Part shown: one piece after another, positions 46,306-56,144 of the stretch
Layout: each line of letters begins with the position of its first letter
Position numbering within the stretch: position 1 is the stretch's first letter
Source of the DNA: a virus
Taxonomy: Duplodnaviria; Caudoviricetes
Reading direction: 5' to 3' (one strand)
Virus record (IMG/VR): IMGVR_UViG_3300033183_000145
Location: 1,028 to 65,027 of that record
Length of the DNA: 64,000 nucleotides
Position numbers and translations under genes: made by a program
Notes under the pieces: model-generated
Databases searched by the model: none
Told to the model about the DNA's origin: nothing
What the model saw: the letters and a program-made list of their open reading frames with translations, nothing else

Positions 46306-46608
46306 ATGAGCGATAAGCAGTATGATTCAGTACTCGTAGGGTACGCAGAGGAGCCACGTTACAACGACGATGGCCAGTTGATGTCTTGGAACGTCCGCTT
46401 CAAGGACACCGAACTCCAAGAGATGATTGAGAAATACGCTACCAAGCGTAATGAACAGGGCCAAGGGGGTAACCTCTACGTCACCATGTTCATGTCTAAG
46501 AACGGGAAGGCTTGCTGCCGTGTGTTCGATCCGAACAGCGCAGCTGCCAAGGAGCGCCGTGCCGCTAAGGAGGCAGAAAGCTCTACGGAGGATGCCCTCC
46601 CATTCTAA
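46306..46608 (+). CDS. Putative single-stranded DNA-binding protein
   Basis: 100 aa, beta-rich, acidic tail ending EDALPF. Confidence 0.55.
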   Translation: MSDKQYDSVLVGYAEEPRYNDDGQLMSWNVRFKDTELQEMIEKYATKRNEQGQGGNLYVTMFMSKNGKACCRVFDPNSAAAKERRAAKEAESSTEDALPF

Positions 46609-46624
46609 GGCTCCTATCCATTAC

Positions 46625-46891
46625 ATGACCGCTCGTGTCGCCTTCAAGAAACGGAAGGTTGTACACGAGCGTGTCGTGTGGATAGTTTCTGTGTTCGAGA
46701 ATCCAAGCGATATCATGGCTTACGATGTCAAGACTATGCACCGCCTAGGGCTTGAGCTCTACGGGAAGAACGCTAAGTCTGAGAAGCAGATAGTTATCCG
46801 TGAGATTCTCACTAAAAAATTCATTTCAAATTCAACCCTATCTCAGGATGAACACAAGAAACAAAATCAAGAAGAGATGCAAGGAGCTTGA
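46625..46891 (+). CDS. Hypothetical protein
   Basis: Likely start MTARVAFKKRK. Confidence 0.45.
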   Translation: MTARVAFKKRKVVHERVVWIVSVFENPSDIMAYDVKTMHRLGLELYGKNAKSEKQIVIREILTKKFISNSTLSQDEHKKQNQEEMQGA

Positions 46892-47213
46892 GGATTTGCT
46901 CCTCATGAAGAACGCCAAGTACGGTGATGCCGCGCTTGACCCTCTAAACATTTTCTCAAAAGCTGGCGCTGTAGCTGGCATCAAGGTGCGTATTGACGAC
47001 AAGTTGAAGCGCATTCAGAACGCAGGTCTCGTAGACGCAACGGAGGATACGTTGCAAGATCTGGCAGGTTACCTTATCCTCCTCATGATTGCCAAGGACA
47101 ATGAAAGTCACGATATTCAAAAACGTATTCGACAAGACAGCACCCCATCACATTCCACTACAGCTAGCGTTGGAGCGGATTCAGAATGGGAAGTCGAGTA
47201 CACTGGTATCTGA
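46848..47213 (+). CDS. DUF1599 / nucleotide-modification-associated domain 1 protein
   Basis: KNAKYGDAA...VRIDDKLKRI...EDTLQDLAGYLIL. Confidence 0.7.
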   Translation: MNTRNKIKKRCKELEDLLLMKNAKYGDAALDPLNIFSKAGAVAGIKVRIDDKLKRIQNAGLVDATEDTLQDLAGYLILLMIAKDNESHDIQKRIRQDSTPSHSTTASVGADSEWEVEYTGI

Positions 47214-48897
47214 AGTCCGAGATGGCGATAAAACAAAAAAGCAAGAGCTCCCCGTTGTCTGTTTCAGCGGGGAGTTCTCGTCTAGGGCCGATGATGCGCT
47301 CTTCGAGCATTCGGGGTTCATTATCCTCGACTTTGATCACGTGGATGTTGATGCGACCAAAAGGTCTCTTGCCACGGACGATTTTATTCATTCATGCTGG
47401 ACGTCGCCGAGTGGACAGGGCGTTAAGGCTCTGGTCAAGATTACAAACCCTGAACGACATCGAGACCACTTTCGAGCGCTTGTCAAATATTTCGAACGAA
47501 CGCACGGACTAGAACTCGATGAGTCTGGTATCAACGAGTCTCGGGCTTGCTTCGAATCTTACGACCCAGACATCATCATCAAGGATGAGTACAAGAAGTT
47601 CGGTCACTTCACGACCGAGCATGCCGAAGCTCAGGTTCCTACCAACGAAGCTTACGACTACACAGACTACATGAAGCTCAACCTGGCTGCGCGAATGATT
47701 CGCAACGCTCAGGACGGAGAGAAGTGGGTGACCCTCAACCGAGCGTCGATCCTGTGTGGCGGATACGTAGCTGCTGGACGTATGGAGCAGGAGGAGGTTG
47801 TACGAATCCTTTTTCGTGAGATCTGCAAGCGTGACGTAGACAACGAAGAGCACGCACGCCAGACGATCATCGCAGGCATTGAGAAGGGCAAGCAGATGCC
47901 CATCAAGGACATCATCAACGAAGAGAAATCAGCTCAGCGTGAGATGCTCCTGAACGATGGGGATATGTCCTTTATCTCGTCCGACGATGAAGACTTCCGA
48001 TGGATTGACGACTACTCTCAGGGTAAGATTGATATCGGACTGGACACTGGTGACCCTCGCCTTGACGAGTACTTCCGTTACAAGAAGGAGTTCGTCATCG
48101 TGAACGGCCACTCCAACGTGGGTAAGACCACGACAATGCTTTATTTAATTACTAACTCAGCGGTACGCCATGGCTGGAAGTGGGTGATTTACTCCTCGGA
48201 GAATCGCACAGCCTCTGTAAAGATGTCCCTCATGCAATTTGCTATGGACAAGAAGGTGGCAGACATGACGTTCCTCGAACGCAAACAAGCTTACAAATGG
48301 GTGCAAGAACACTTCACCGTCATCAACAACAATCAAATCTACAGCTACAGCGATATCATTCTTTTCATGGAGAAGGTGATGCGCCAGCAGCCGATCGACG
48401 CGATCTTCGTGGATCCGTACAACAGCCTGAAGCTGGACATGAAGAACAGCGGTATCGGAGTACACGACTACCACTACGAAGCGGCGAGCGAGTTCCTAAC
48501 GTTCAGCAAGGCCAACAACGTTGCAGTGTGGCTCAACATGCACGCAGTAACGGAGGCTCAGCGACGCAAGGGTGATGACGGATTGCCTATCGCTCCGTAT
48601 GCAGAAGATACAGAGGGTGGCGGAAAGTTCGTAAACAGAGCGGATTGCTTCATGACGATTCACCGAAAGGTTCAAGCCATGGACCCTGAGATCCGCAAGA
48701 TGAGTGAGTTACACGTTCGGAAGGTACGTGAGGTCGAAACAGGTGGTGCTCCTACTCCTTTGGAGGATCCGTACCGACTTCAGATGAATCTTTCCCACAC
48801 TGGATTCACAACCATGACAGGACAACGAGCACTGTATCAGCCGATTAACTTTCCCAAGGAGGCGTCAATGCCTTTGAACATGAGCTTCCTTAGTTGA
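47101..48897 (+). CDS. Primase-helicase (BT4734/VirE-N-like primase + DnaB-like SF4 helicase)
   Basis: K..LP...FSG.F..R, HSG.I.LDFDH, SPSG.G.K; C-terminal Walker A GHSNVGKT, IFVDPYN, KVRE. Confidence 0.85.
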   Translation: MKVTIFKNVFDKTAPHHIPLQLALERIQNGKSSTLVSEVRDGDKTKKQELPVVCFSGEFSSRADDALFEHSGFIILDFDHVDVDATKRSLATDDFIHSCWTSPSGQGVKALVKITNPERHRDHFRALVKYFERTHGLELDESGINESRACFESYDPDIIIKDEYKKFGHFTTEHAEAQVPTNEAYDYTDYMKLNLAARMIRNAQDGEKWVTLNRASILCGGYVAAGRMEQEEVVRILFREICKRDVDNEEHARQTIIAGIEKGKQMPIKDIINEEKSAQREMLLNDGDMSFISSDDEDFRWIDDYSQGKIDIGLDTGDPRLDEYFRYKKEFVIVNGHSNVGKTTTMLYLITNSAVRHGWKWVIYSSENRTASVKMSLMQFAMDKKVADMTFLERKQAYKWVQEHFTVINNNQIYSYSDIILFMEKVMRQQPIDAIFVDPYNSLKLDMKNSGIGVHDYHYEAASEFLTFSKANNVAVWLNMHAVTEAQRRKGDDGLPIAPYAEDTEGGGKFVNRADCFMTIHRKVQAMDPEIRKMSELHVRKVREVETGGAPTPLEDPYRLQMNLSHTGFTTMTGQRALYQPINFPKEASMPLNMSFLS

Positions 48898-48929
48898 TTT
48901 CTCAGATTTTCTTTGGTAACTTCGTTCAC

Positions 48930-49388
48930 ATGAAGAAACGGACAAAGACTCCGAAGAAGCGTTCAGCGAAAAAAAGACAACTAGGGAGGTACGCAAGTTC
49001 ACTTGAGAAGTATTGTGCTGACCAGCTTAAAGAATACGGGCTAGCCTTTGACTATGAGGAACATCAGTTCGAACTCATGGAGAAGTTTCGATTCCCGAAC
49101 AAGTACTTTAAGATGACTGCAAAGGGGAAAGAGATGACTGACCGATCTGGGTCAGTCGTCCTTCCCATCACATACAAGCCTGACTTTGTAGGCAGGGATC
49201 ATGATTGGATCATTGAGACGAAAGGATTTCTTCCTTCTCACCATGATTTCCCTATGAGGTGGAAACTTTTTCTTCGGCATTTAGTTGGAAAGGACTCCAA
49301 AACGATTGTATTTTTAGCGAAGAATAGTGGTCAGGTAGACCATGCTATCCAAGAAATACTACAATCTATTAAAAATGGAGATATCTAA
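48930..49388 (+). CDS. Endonuclease I-like (T7 gp3-like) resolvase
   Basis: YASSLE...L...G..F.YE...YKPDF...IIETKG; TAACTTCG promoter-like element 5 nt upstream. Confidence 0.75.
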   Translation: MKKRTKTPKKRSAKKRQLGRYASSLEKYCADQLKEYGLAFDYEEHQFELMEKFRFPNKYFKMTAKGKEMTDRSGSVVLPITYKPDFVGRDHDWIIETKGFLPSHHDFPMRWKLFLRHLVGKDSKTIVFLAKNSGQVDHAIQEILQSIKNGDI

Positions 49389-49602
49389 ACTGAGCTGGTA
49401 TTACTTCCATGCTTGTGATAAGATACATGAGATCGTGGACGATCTTTATGAGGCCTTGCACAGGGAGAAGGGTGAGCCAGTAGAAATGTCGGGTGAAGTA
49501 GAAGAGGCGATGGAAGGAGTGAGGACGGCTATTTACCACGAGCTTGATTTAATCAAAGCAGCCGTCGATGAGCACGAGTCAGAATCGGAGAAGGTACAGT
49601 AA
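49375..49602 (+). CDS. Hypothetical protein
   Basis: 75-aa acidic helical ORF. Confidence 0.5.
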   Translation: MEISKLSWYYFHACDKIHEIVDDLYEALHREKGEPVEMSGEVEEAMEGVRTAIYHELDLIKAAVDEHESESEKVQ

Positions 49603-50068
49603 CGCTACTGGCCGAGTTGCCGAGGTTAGGTTTGTGAGAGCGGCGCGAAATAAAGGACTCTTGGTAACTAAGTCTTCTCACACGGAAGACATGCACGAAC
49701 ACATCGACTATTGGCTTGCCATCAAGGATGGTGGTAAGTGGGGGGTCGATGTGAAAGGTAACAACCTACCAGATGAGATCTGGTGTGAGTTTAAGAACGT
49801 TAGGGGAAACCCTGGATGGATGTATGGTGGTGCAACGATCATCGCCTTTGACATGCCAGAAGAAGGAGGGTTTGCCATCGTGGATCGAGAAGAGCTGGCG
49901 TTCTTCTGCGAGAAGCACGTATCAGACGAAGTCGTCTCAGATAAGCGCAATGCCTACCTGAAAAGATACACCCGCAAGGACCGTGAGGACGTAATAACAA
50001 TCCTTAAGTTACACGATCTCAAGAGTTTACTATCCTACAGAGTGTGGGAGTACGATAAGAGATACTGA
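49568..50068 (+). CDS. Putative PD-(D/E)XK-fold nuclease
   Basis: G..AE..F, ED...HID, VDVK, W.EFKNV.G.PGW.YG.A. Confidence 0.6.
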   Translation: MSTSQNRRRYSNATGRVAEVRFVRAARNKGLLVTKSSHTEDMHEHIDYWLAIKDGGKWGVDVKGNNLPDEIWCEFKNVRGNPGWMYGGATIIAFDMPEEGGFAIVDREELAFFCEKHVSDEVVSDKRNAYLKRYTRKDREDVITILKLHDLKSLLSYRVWEYDKRY

Positions 50069-50112
50069 CGTATCTTAGCGGTCCCTTTTTTCAAAAATCT
50101 AAACCTTAAAAA

Positions 50113-52005
50113 ATGAGTTATAACCCAGAGTTAATTCCCTGGGGCGAGGTCGGCTACGCTACTTACAAGCGGACCTATGCACGCCCTATCAAAGATCGAA
50201 CAGAGGAGTGGGAAGAGACAGTTGATCGCGTAATCGAGGCGTGCAACAAACAGTTGAAGTGCGACTTCAACGAAAAAGATCAAGCAGACATCAAGCGCAT
50301 GATGATGCAGCTCAAGGGTACCGTCGCTGGACGATTCCTTTGGCAGCTCGGGACAAAGACAGTGGATCGCCTTGGCCTCCCGTCCCTTCAGAATTGTGCG
50401 TTCGTTGTTGTGGACGAACCGATAAGGCCTTTTACTTGGGCGTTTGAGATGCTCATGCTTGGCAGTGGAGTTGGATTCAACATCCAGCGTGAACATGTGT
50501 ACCAGCTCCCTAAGATCAAGAAGAAAGTCAACGTCAAGCACGTAGAGGACCACGGCGCAGACTTCATTGTCCCCGACTCTCGTGAGGGGTGGACAGACCT
50601 TTTGCATCGTGTCCTTGAAGCTTCGTTCGTAACGGGACAGGGGTTCACCTATGACACCTCTTTGGTGCGTCCAGCTGGCGCTCCTATCAAGGGATTCGGC
50701 GGGACGGCAAGCGGACCAAACGATTTGATCTGGGGGATGAACGAAATCAACCGCATCCTCAATGAGCGAAGTGGTAAGCGCCTCCGTCCAATCGACTGCT
50801 TGGACATCATGAACATCATTGGCAAGATCGTCGTGGCTGGTAACGTCCGTCGGTCTGCACAAATTGCAATCGGAGACCATGACGACATCGAATACTTGCG
50901 AGCAAAGCGCTGGGACCTCGGGGGCATCCCCAACTGGCGAGCCATGTCCAACAACTCAGTCGCATGCGACGACATTTCTCTCCTCCCTGAGGAGTTTTGG
51001 GAGGGGTATAAAGGAAATGGCGAACCTTATGGGCTTATTAACCTTGAAGCCTCGCGTCGTATGGGAAGGACAGGTGACACTATGCACCCTGACCCAGACG
51101 TCATGGGGTACAACCCGTGTGCGGAACAGAGTCTTGCTCCATTTGAGACCTGTTGTCTCGCCGAGATCTATCTACCGAATATTGAGACGGAGAGAGAGCT
51201 CAAAGATGTTGCTGCACTCCTATACCGTATCAATAAGCATAGCTTGGCGATCAAGTGTGCGGTTCCCGAAACTGAGGACATCGTTCACAAGAACATGCGT
51301 ATGGGGATTGGTGTAACTGGTTATCTTCAGGCTACAGAAGAGCAGCGTAGCTGGCTCTCATCTGTATACACTCACCTTCGAGCCTATGACCAAGAGTACT
51401 CTAGACTTTGCGGATTTCCGACATCTATTAAACTTACAACTGTTAAGCCCAGTGGAACGTTGTCTCTACTTGCTGGCGTTACACCAGGAGCACATCCAGG
51501 GTATTCGCAGTACTACATTCGACGAATTAGAATGGCTGCAGATAGTGAGTTGGTCGGCGTGTGCCGAGACAATGGGTATCACGTAGAATATGTCAGGAAT
51601 TTTGACGGAACGGAGGATCACTCTACCGTTGTTGTCAGCTTCCCATGTTCTTTCCCTGAAGGCACGACTTTTGCTCATAACATGACTGCTGTAGACCAGT
51701 TGGAAGTCATTAAGCGATTGCAGGCTGAGTGGTCGGATAACTCTGTGTCAGTAACTATCTACTATCGCAAGGAGGAGCTTGACGCCATTAGAGAGTGGTT
51801 AAATGAGAACTACATCAACGTCAAGTCAGTATCGTTCTTGCTCCACAACGAGCACGGATTTGATCAGGCTCCTATGGAGGAGATCTCTCACGAAGAGTGG
51901 ATGAAGATGTCGAAGGAGGTTACTCCGATCACCAGCCTCACTCAGCTGAACATGGAGGACATCGACATTGCGGATTGTGAAGGTGGTGCATGTCCAGTAC
52001 GATGA
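50113..52005 (+). CDS. nrdJ: Class II (adenosylcobalamin-dependent) ribonucleotide reductase
   Basis: TYKRTYAR, AGR.LW, LQNC, VVAGNVRRSA, GYNPCAEQ, TTVKPSGT, C-terminal CEGGACPVR; no beta-subunit gene present. Confidence 0.92.
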   Translation: MSYNPELIPWGEVGYATYKRTYARPIKDRTEEWEETVDRVIEACNKQLKCDFNEKDQADIKRMMMQLKGTVAGRFLWQLGTKTVDRLGLPSLQNCAFVVVDEPIRPFTWAFEMLMLGSGVGFNIQREHVYQLPKIKKKVNVKHVEDHGADFIVPDSREGWTDLLHRVLEASFVTGQGFTYDTSLVRPAGAPIKGFGGTASGPNDLIWGMNEINRILNERSGKRLRPIDCLDIMNIIGKIVVAGNVRRSAQIAIGDHDDIEYLRAKRWDLGGIPNWRAMSNNSVACDDISLLPEEFWEGYKGNGEPYGLINLEASRRMGRTGDTMHPDPDVMGYNPCAEQSLAPFETCCLAEIYLPNIETERELKDVAALLYRINKHSLAIKCAVPETEDIVHKNMRMGIGVTGYLQATEEQRSWLSSVYTHLRAYDQEYSRLCGFPTSIKLTTVKPSGTLSLLAGVTPGAHPGYSQYYIRRIRMAADSELVGVCRDNGYHVEYVRNFDGTEDHSTVVVSFPCSFPEGTTFAHNMTAVDQLEVIKRLQAEWSDNSVSVTIYYRKEELDAIREWLNENYINVKSVSFLLHNEHGFDQAPMEEISHEEWMKMSKEVTPITSLTQLNMEDIDIADCEGGACPVR

Positions 52006-52092
52006 AAAGGATTGACCAATGCTGGATTTCCCAAATGTACTATCTTAGTAACGTTACACGGGTTAGTTGACTGTGGAACTTCGCAATCTGTG

Positions 52093-52128
52093 GAGGGGGG
52101 CTTACATAAGTTCCCCTCTTCTCTTTTT
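52093..52128 (+). terminator. Intrinsic terminator after nrdJ
   Basis: GAGGGGGGCTTA-CA-TAAGTTCCCCTC followed by a T-rich tract. Confidence 0.6.
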
Positions 52129-52130
52129 CG

Positions 52131-52138
52131 TACCTTTG
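52131..52138 (+). promoter_or_regulatory. Bacteroidota sigma-A -7 element (TACCTTTG)
   Basis: Exact TAnnTTTG, 7 nt before the protease ATG. Confidence 0.6.
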
Positions 52139-52145
52139 GGGGTGA

Positions 52146-54044
52146 ATGAAAACCTTTATCACTACCCTCCTACTGGCAATTACCTTTTCGAGCATAGCTC
52201 AAGAGTGTAGCCTCTTAGTGCCTGATAACGTGAAAGTTATGGGCATGAGTCGAACTGATGTTAACCTCGCAGAGGTTGATACAGTGGTACTACCCATTGT
52301 GTTCCATATCGTGCACACTGGGGCTGGCGAAGAAAACAACATCTCCGACGAACAAATCATGTCGCAGGTCGATGTTTTGAATGATGAGTTCGCTGACAGT
52401 AAGATTCAGTTCTGTATGGCCGTGCGAGATCCTGAAGGCAACCCAACCAACGGCATCACTCGCACCGATTACAGCTGGAACAAGGAGTATGTAGCCAATG
52501 GTATCAGCAATGGCTCAGGTGGCGGAGCTGACCAGACACAAGTAAAGTCTGACGCGGGGTGTTGGAACCCTGAAGAGTACATCAACTTTTACGTGGTTAA
52601 CGAGATCAATGGGAATGACGGGGGATGGGGTATTCAGGGATTTGCTTACCTCGGACCTACTGGTGATTGCAGAGACGGTGTGGTGTGTCTGTACAACGTA
52701 ACGGGCAACATAGGTACGCTGAAGCCAGGTCGAGAGCTTGGGTTTACGGGGGTCCACGAGATGGGTCATCACCTTTCTCTTTGGCACACATTCTCTAACT
52801 CGAACGACTGCGTAGAGACGAACTGCGAGACTCAGGGTGATCAGGTATGCGACACTCCGCCAACCACCCCGAATGATATTGGGTGCGTTGCCGCAGATTG
52901 CCCCGACGCTTTGCTTGAGAACTTTATGGACTACACTCCCGAGACTTGTAGGGAGTCGTTTACTGTTGGTCAAGCTGAGCGTATGCACGAATGCTTGCAG
53001 ACTGTGAGGTCTGGCCTTCTCGACAACCTGTCCTGTGTGCCTATAGTAGACTACGACGCGACACCGCTAACAGCCTACTATCAGCAGACGTGGTGCACCC
53101 CAACTCAGGATATTTGGATCGACGTAGTAAACCAAGGAACGCTCCCTTTGGACGTCATCGAGGTGCAGCTCTACGTCAATGGAAACCAATACGCAGAATA
53201 CTTATACGACGTTCCTACTGGCACCCACGAAGTGTTGTTTGAGAACGTATATGTTGATGGAGCCCAGATGTTCGAGGTCCAAGTAGTTAGCTCCCTTGAT
53301 CAATATCAAGACAACGATTACTCTTGGTGGCCTATCGAGACTGTCTCTGGGGAGCTTATGAATATCACCGTAGGGACGGACAACTGGGCCAACGAAGTCG
53401 ACTGGGTGCTCTACGATGAGTTTGGGGAAATTGTAACTGGGGATGGGGACTATCCTTTTGGGGTGAATACATACGAGTATGAGGTATGCGTCTACGAGGG
53501 TTGCTATACCTTCGAGGCCACCGACACTAACGGAGATGGGATGTGTTCTTTGGACTTCGGTAACGATGGTATTTGCGACATTGGAGGGGATGGGATTACG
53601 GCCAGTGTTAATGGGAGTGTCATCTTCGCTACGGAGCAAACGGAGTACTCTCTCTTCGACACAACCTTCTGCTTCTCTATTGGGGATTGCCCTCTTGACT
53701 TTGACGGTAACGGAACCGTAGGCAATGGTGACGTGCTTGATATGATACTTGAGTACGGGTGTCAGTCTGGATGCCAGACGGACCCAAACAACGATGGTAT
53801 CGTAAACGTAATGGACCTACTCTACATGCTCACCAACTTGGGCGATTGCCCGCTTGAGCAAGACCTCTCTATAGGTATGCTTAAGGACGTAACCCTTGCC
53901 GCAGCATCGGCAGGAGGTGTTGGAAAAAATCCTCAGATCTACGACATGACGGGGCGGAGGGTTCGAGGCCCTGTGGAGTCCCTGGCCACGGGAGTCTACA
54001 TTCTGAAGTGGGAAAGTGTAACCAAGAAAGTATTTGTACAATGA
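52146..54044 (+). CDS. Secreted M43 (pappalysin/ulilysin-like) zinc metalloprotease with dockerin-like repeats and T9SS type A C-terminal signal
   Basis: Signal peptide ...SSIA-Q; LPIVFHIVH; HEMGHHLSLWH; GDQVCDTP; Met-turn NFMDY; D.DGNG.V...D repeats; IYDMTGR.V...GVYILK....KKVFVQ. Confidence 0.88.
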   Translation: MKTFITTLLLAITFSSIAQECSLLVPDNVKVMGMSRTDVNLAEVDTVVLPIVFHIVHTGAGEENNISDEQIMSQVDVLNDEFADSKIQFCMAVRDPEGNPTNGITRTDYSWNKEYVANGISNGSGGGADQTQVKSDAGCWNPEEYINFYVVNEINGNDGGWGIQGFAYLGPTGDCRDGVVCLYNVTGNIGTLKPGRELGFTGVHEMGHHLSLWHTFSNSNDCVETNCETQGDQVCDTPPTTPNDIGCVAADCPDALLENFMDYTPETCRESFTVGQAERMHECLQTVRSGLLDNLSCVPIVDYDATPLTAYYQQTWCTPTQDIWIDVVNQGTLPLDVIEVQLYVNGNQYAEYLYDVPTGTHEVLFENVYVDGAQMFEVQVVSSLDQYQDNDYSWWPIETVSGELMNITVGTDNWANEVDWVLYDEFGEIVTGDGDYPFGVNTYEYEVCVYEGCYTFEATDTNGDGMCSLDFGNDGICDIGGDGITASVNGSVIFATEQTEYSLFDTTFCFSIGDCPLDFDGNGTVGNGDVLDMILEYGCQSGCQTDPNNDGIVNVMDLLYMLTNLGDCPLEQDLSIGMLKDVTLAAASAGGVGKNPQIYDMTGRRVRGPVESLATGVYILKWESVTKKVFVQ

Positions 54045-55060
54045 GAGCGGTACTATTGTGGTTTCTGATTCCTGTTCTGTCCTATGGGCAGGGAATATGC
54101 GATATGGAGATCATAGGGTTTAACCCCATCTCCACGGATATAACAATCGCTATTAACGGAGGGTACTGCACGCCTGAGGCTGGGGATTCTATCGGTGAGT
54201 TCTTATTGTCTCTGGCATTTAATCCAGCGCTAGACGATAACGGAGACTGGGGGTGTATATACCCTAACGGATGGGCATACCTCATCTTCCCACTCAACTT
54301 CCCTGGTTTCGACATAGGCGAAGGAGCGGATCAGATACTCCAGACAGGGGATACTGTTTCTTTTACCCTCGATGAGATACCAACGTTTGGAAGCGGAACA
54401 GCGGCATGCTGGATAGACATCATGCAAAGCGGAGCATACTATGAAGAGTGCCTTGTTCTTACTGTGTGGCAAATCAACGATAGTCACCCACTTGACGGAA
54501 GCAACACTGGACTAGGTGGATTCCCATACCCTGATGCCAACATCTTCAATTCGTGGATTATGTGGAGCCTTAATGGAGCGTGCGATCCACCACCTCCCCC
54601 TATCGTATACGGGTGTACAGATATGTTTGCGTACAACTACAACTTCGCTGCTTCGCAGGATGACGGAACGTGCGTATATCAGGGGTGTCAAGACCCTCTG
54701 GCACTTAACTATTGCGAGGAGTGTGAAGTAGAAGGGCCATGTATCTATGAGCCTCCAGGAGGTGAGGATTGCAGCGATCCACTGATCTTTATAGCAAACA
54801 CCTTTAGTCCCAACAACGATGGTCTTAACGACTACTGGAAGGTCGTTACAAGGGCAGAGTGCTGGCTCACATGGGAGCTCAGGATCTACAATAGATGGGG
54901 CACGCTCGTATGGATGAGCTACGACCCAGACGCTAAATGGATAGGGGAAAGGCTTGATGCCTTTGTCCCTGACGGTGTATACACCTGGGCTCTCAAGGCC
55001 AAAACTTATGAATCAACGAAGGTTGTGGACATGGCTGGCCACGTCACCATATTCAGGTAG
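54041..55060 (+). CDS. Secreted protein with gliding-motility-associated (T9SS type B, CHU_C) C-terminal domain
   Basis: Signal peptide ...LSYG-Q; GCTD..AYNYN..A..DDGTC repeat; NTFSPNNDGLND.W...IYNRWG...W.G...DGVY.W......G.VTIFR. Confidence 0.88.
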   Translation: MRAVLLWFLIPVLSYGQGICDMEIIGFNPISTDITIAINGGYCTPEAGDSIGEFLLSLAFNPALDDNGDWGCIYPNGWAYLIFPLNFPGFDIGEGADQILQTGDTVSFTLDEIPTFGSGTAACWIDIMQSGAYYEECLVLTVWQINDSHPLDGSNTGLGGFPYPDANIFNSWIMWSLNGACDPPPPPIVYGCTDMFAYNYNFAASQDDGTCVYQGCQDPLALNYCEECEVEGPCIYEPPGGEDCSDPLIFIANTFSPNNDGLNDYWKVVTRAECWLTWELRIYNRWGTLVWMSYDPDAKWIGERLDAFVPDGVYTWALKAKTYESTKVVDMAGHVTIFR

Positions 55061-55429
55061 TCAGGGCTGCTCTATCGTGTTAGCCTGCTGAACTTCGTAG
55101 ACCTTATTTTGGATCTCGTTAAAAGGAGTTCCGAGTCTAAAGCTTATGTCTGCAACGTATTGCCACGCAGGTCTATCTCCATTGTATATCACAACAACGG
55201 GGACTGCTGTAACGCTAGTCTTAATTGACTCTGGTTGGTCCTCAAGCCAGCCGAATTTATAGTTGCAACCACGCAGTTCCTCAAGGTCTCTTCGGGTGTG
55301 GTTCTCGTTCCATTCAGCATTGATCTGAACCACCGTAACCTGCTCTTCTGGGAGAGAGTTAAGCTTTACTGCAGCTCCAGTTCCAAGTGCGCCAGCTGCA
55401 AGCGCCAAAATAGCAATAGTCTTGTTCAT
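55061..55429 (-). CDS. Exported thioredoxin-like-fold protein lacking CxxC
   Basis: Hydrophobic N-terminus; VVQINAEWN...VTAVPVVVIYNG. Confidence 0.5.
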   Translation of the reverse strand: MNKTIAILALAAGALGTGAAVKLNSLPEEQVTVVQINAEWNENHTRRDLEELRGCNYKFGWLEDQPESIKTSVTAVPVVVIYNGDRPAWQYVADISFRLGTPFNEIQNKVYEVQQANTIEQP

Positions 55430-55707
55430 CAGTCCTGAGTACTTAATTCATAGAGCCTTTGTTCAATCAAATCCAGCTTCTCTCCATTCTCCTCCACTTG
55501 CTCCTGAGTGTTCATGATGGTTTCTCTTATGAGTTGGTCCTTAAGATCGTATTCTGTTCTAGACACCTCTGGCTTAGGAAGCTTTTTAGCTAACTCAATG
55601 TCAGCCTGCAACGCAAACCACATCCCGCATAGCGAAATTACAAAAGAAATAATAACCACTATGGTTTTGATGTCGAGAGTGAACTCGGTCTTGTCGTCAA
55701 GCTTCAT
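55429..55707 (-). CDS. Single-TM coiled-coil membrane protein (lysis cluster)
   Basis: IVVIISFVISLCGMWFAL followed by a coiled coil. Confidence 0.55.
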   Translation of the reverse strand: MKLDDKTEFTLDIKTIVVIISFVISLCGMWFALQADIELAKKLPKPEVSRTEYDLKDQLIRETIMNTQEQVEENGEKLDLIEQRLYELSTQD

Positions 55708-56144
55708 TTTTTGGACTTTTCGAGGGTTCTTCCAGCAAAGTATGCGCCAAAAGATGTTAGCATAAGAATCTCCAGCAAAGATACATAACTTTCCTTCACG
55801 TTAAAGGGCAGGTAATCAAGCGAGTCCAGCACCATGGTCACCATGAACATGGCCATGAGAGCGATCAAAGTCACTGGTCTGATGTACTTTGCGAGCTTGA
55901 CGTCGCTCCCCATATCAGCCTTCCATCTTTCAGTTACATTGTTCTGATAGGCTATCTCTGCGTCAAGGACTGCCTTGGCTTCTGCAGGGTCTACACTATC
56001 ATCATTATCGAGAAGGTTCTTCACTATCCCGAGAGCTCCCTGATCTGGCAAAAGATCACCCACTGTATCCAATACACTAGGCGCTTTATCTTTTAGCCAC
56101 TTGCCAAGGTTGGTGTCTTTGATCTTATTTTCTTGCTTGCTCAT
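55704..56144 (-). CDS. Putative holin (GTA 3TM-holin-like)
   Basis: VTERWKADM.SD..L.K.IRP, two TM segments, FGAYFAGRTLEK. Confidence 0.7.
   Translation of the reverse strand: MSKQENKIKDTNLGKWLKDKAPSVLDTVGDLLPDQGALGIVKNLLDNDDSVDPAEAKAVLDAEIAYQNNVTERWKADMGSDVKLAKYIRPVTLIALMAMFMVTMVLDSLDYLPFNVKESYVSLLEILMLTSFGAYFAGRTLEKSKK

Noticed and set aside
26445-52005. Introns or inteins in terL, primase-helicase or nrdJ
   Set aside because: All are uninterrupted and of normal length, with no intein motifs seen.
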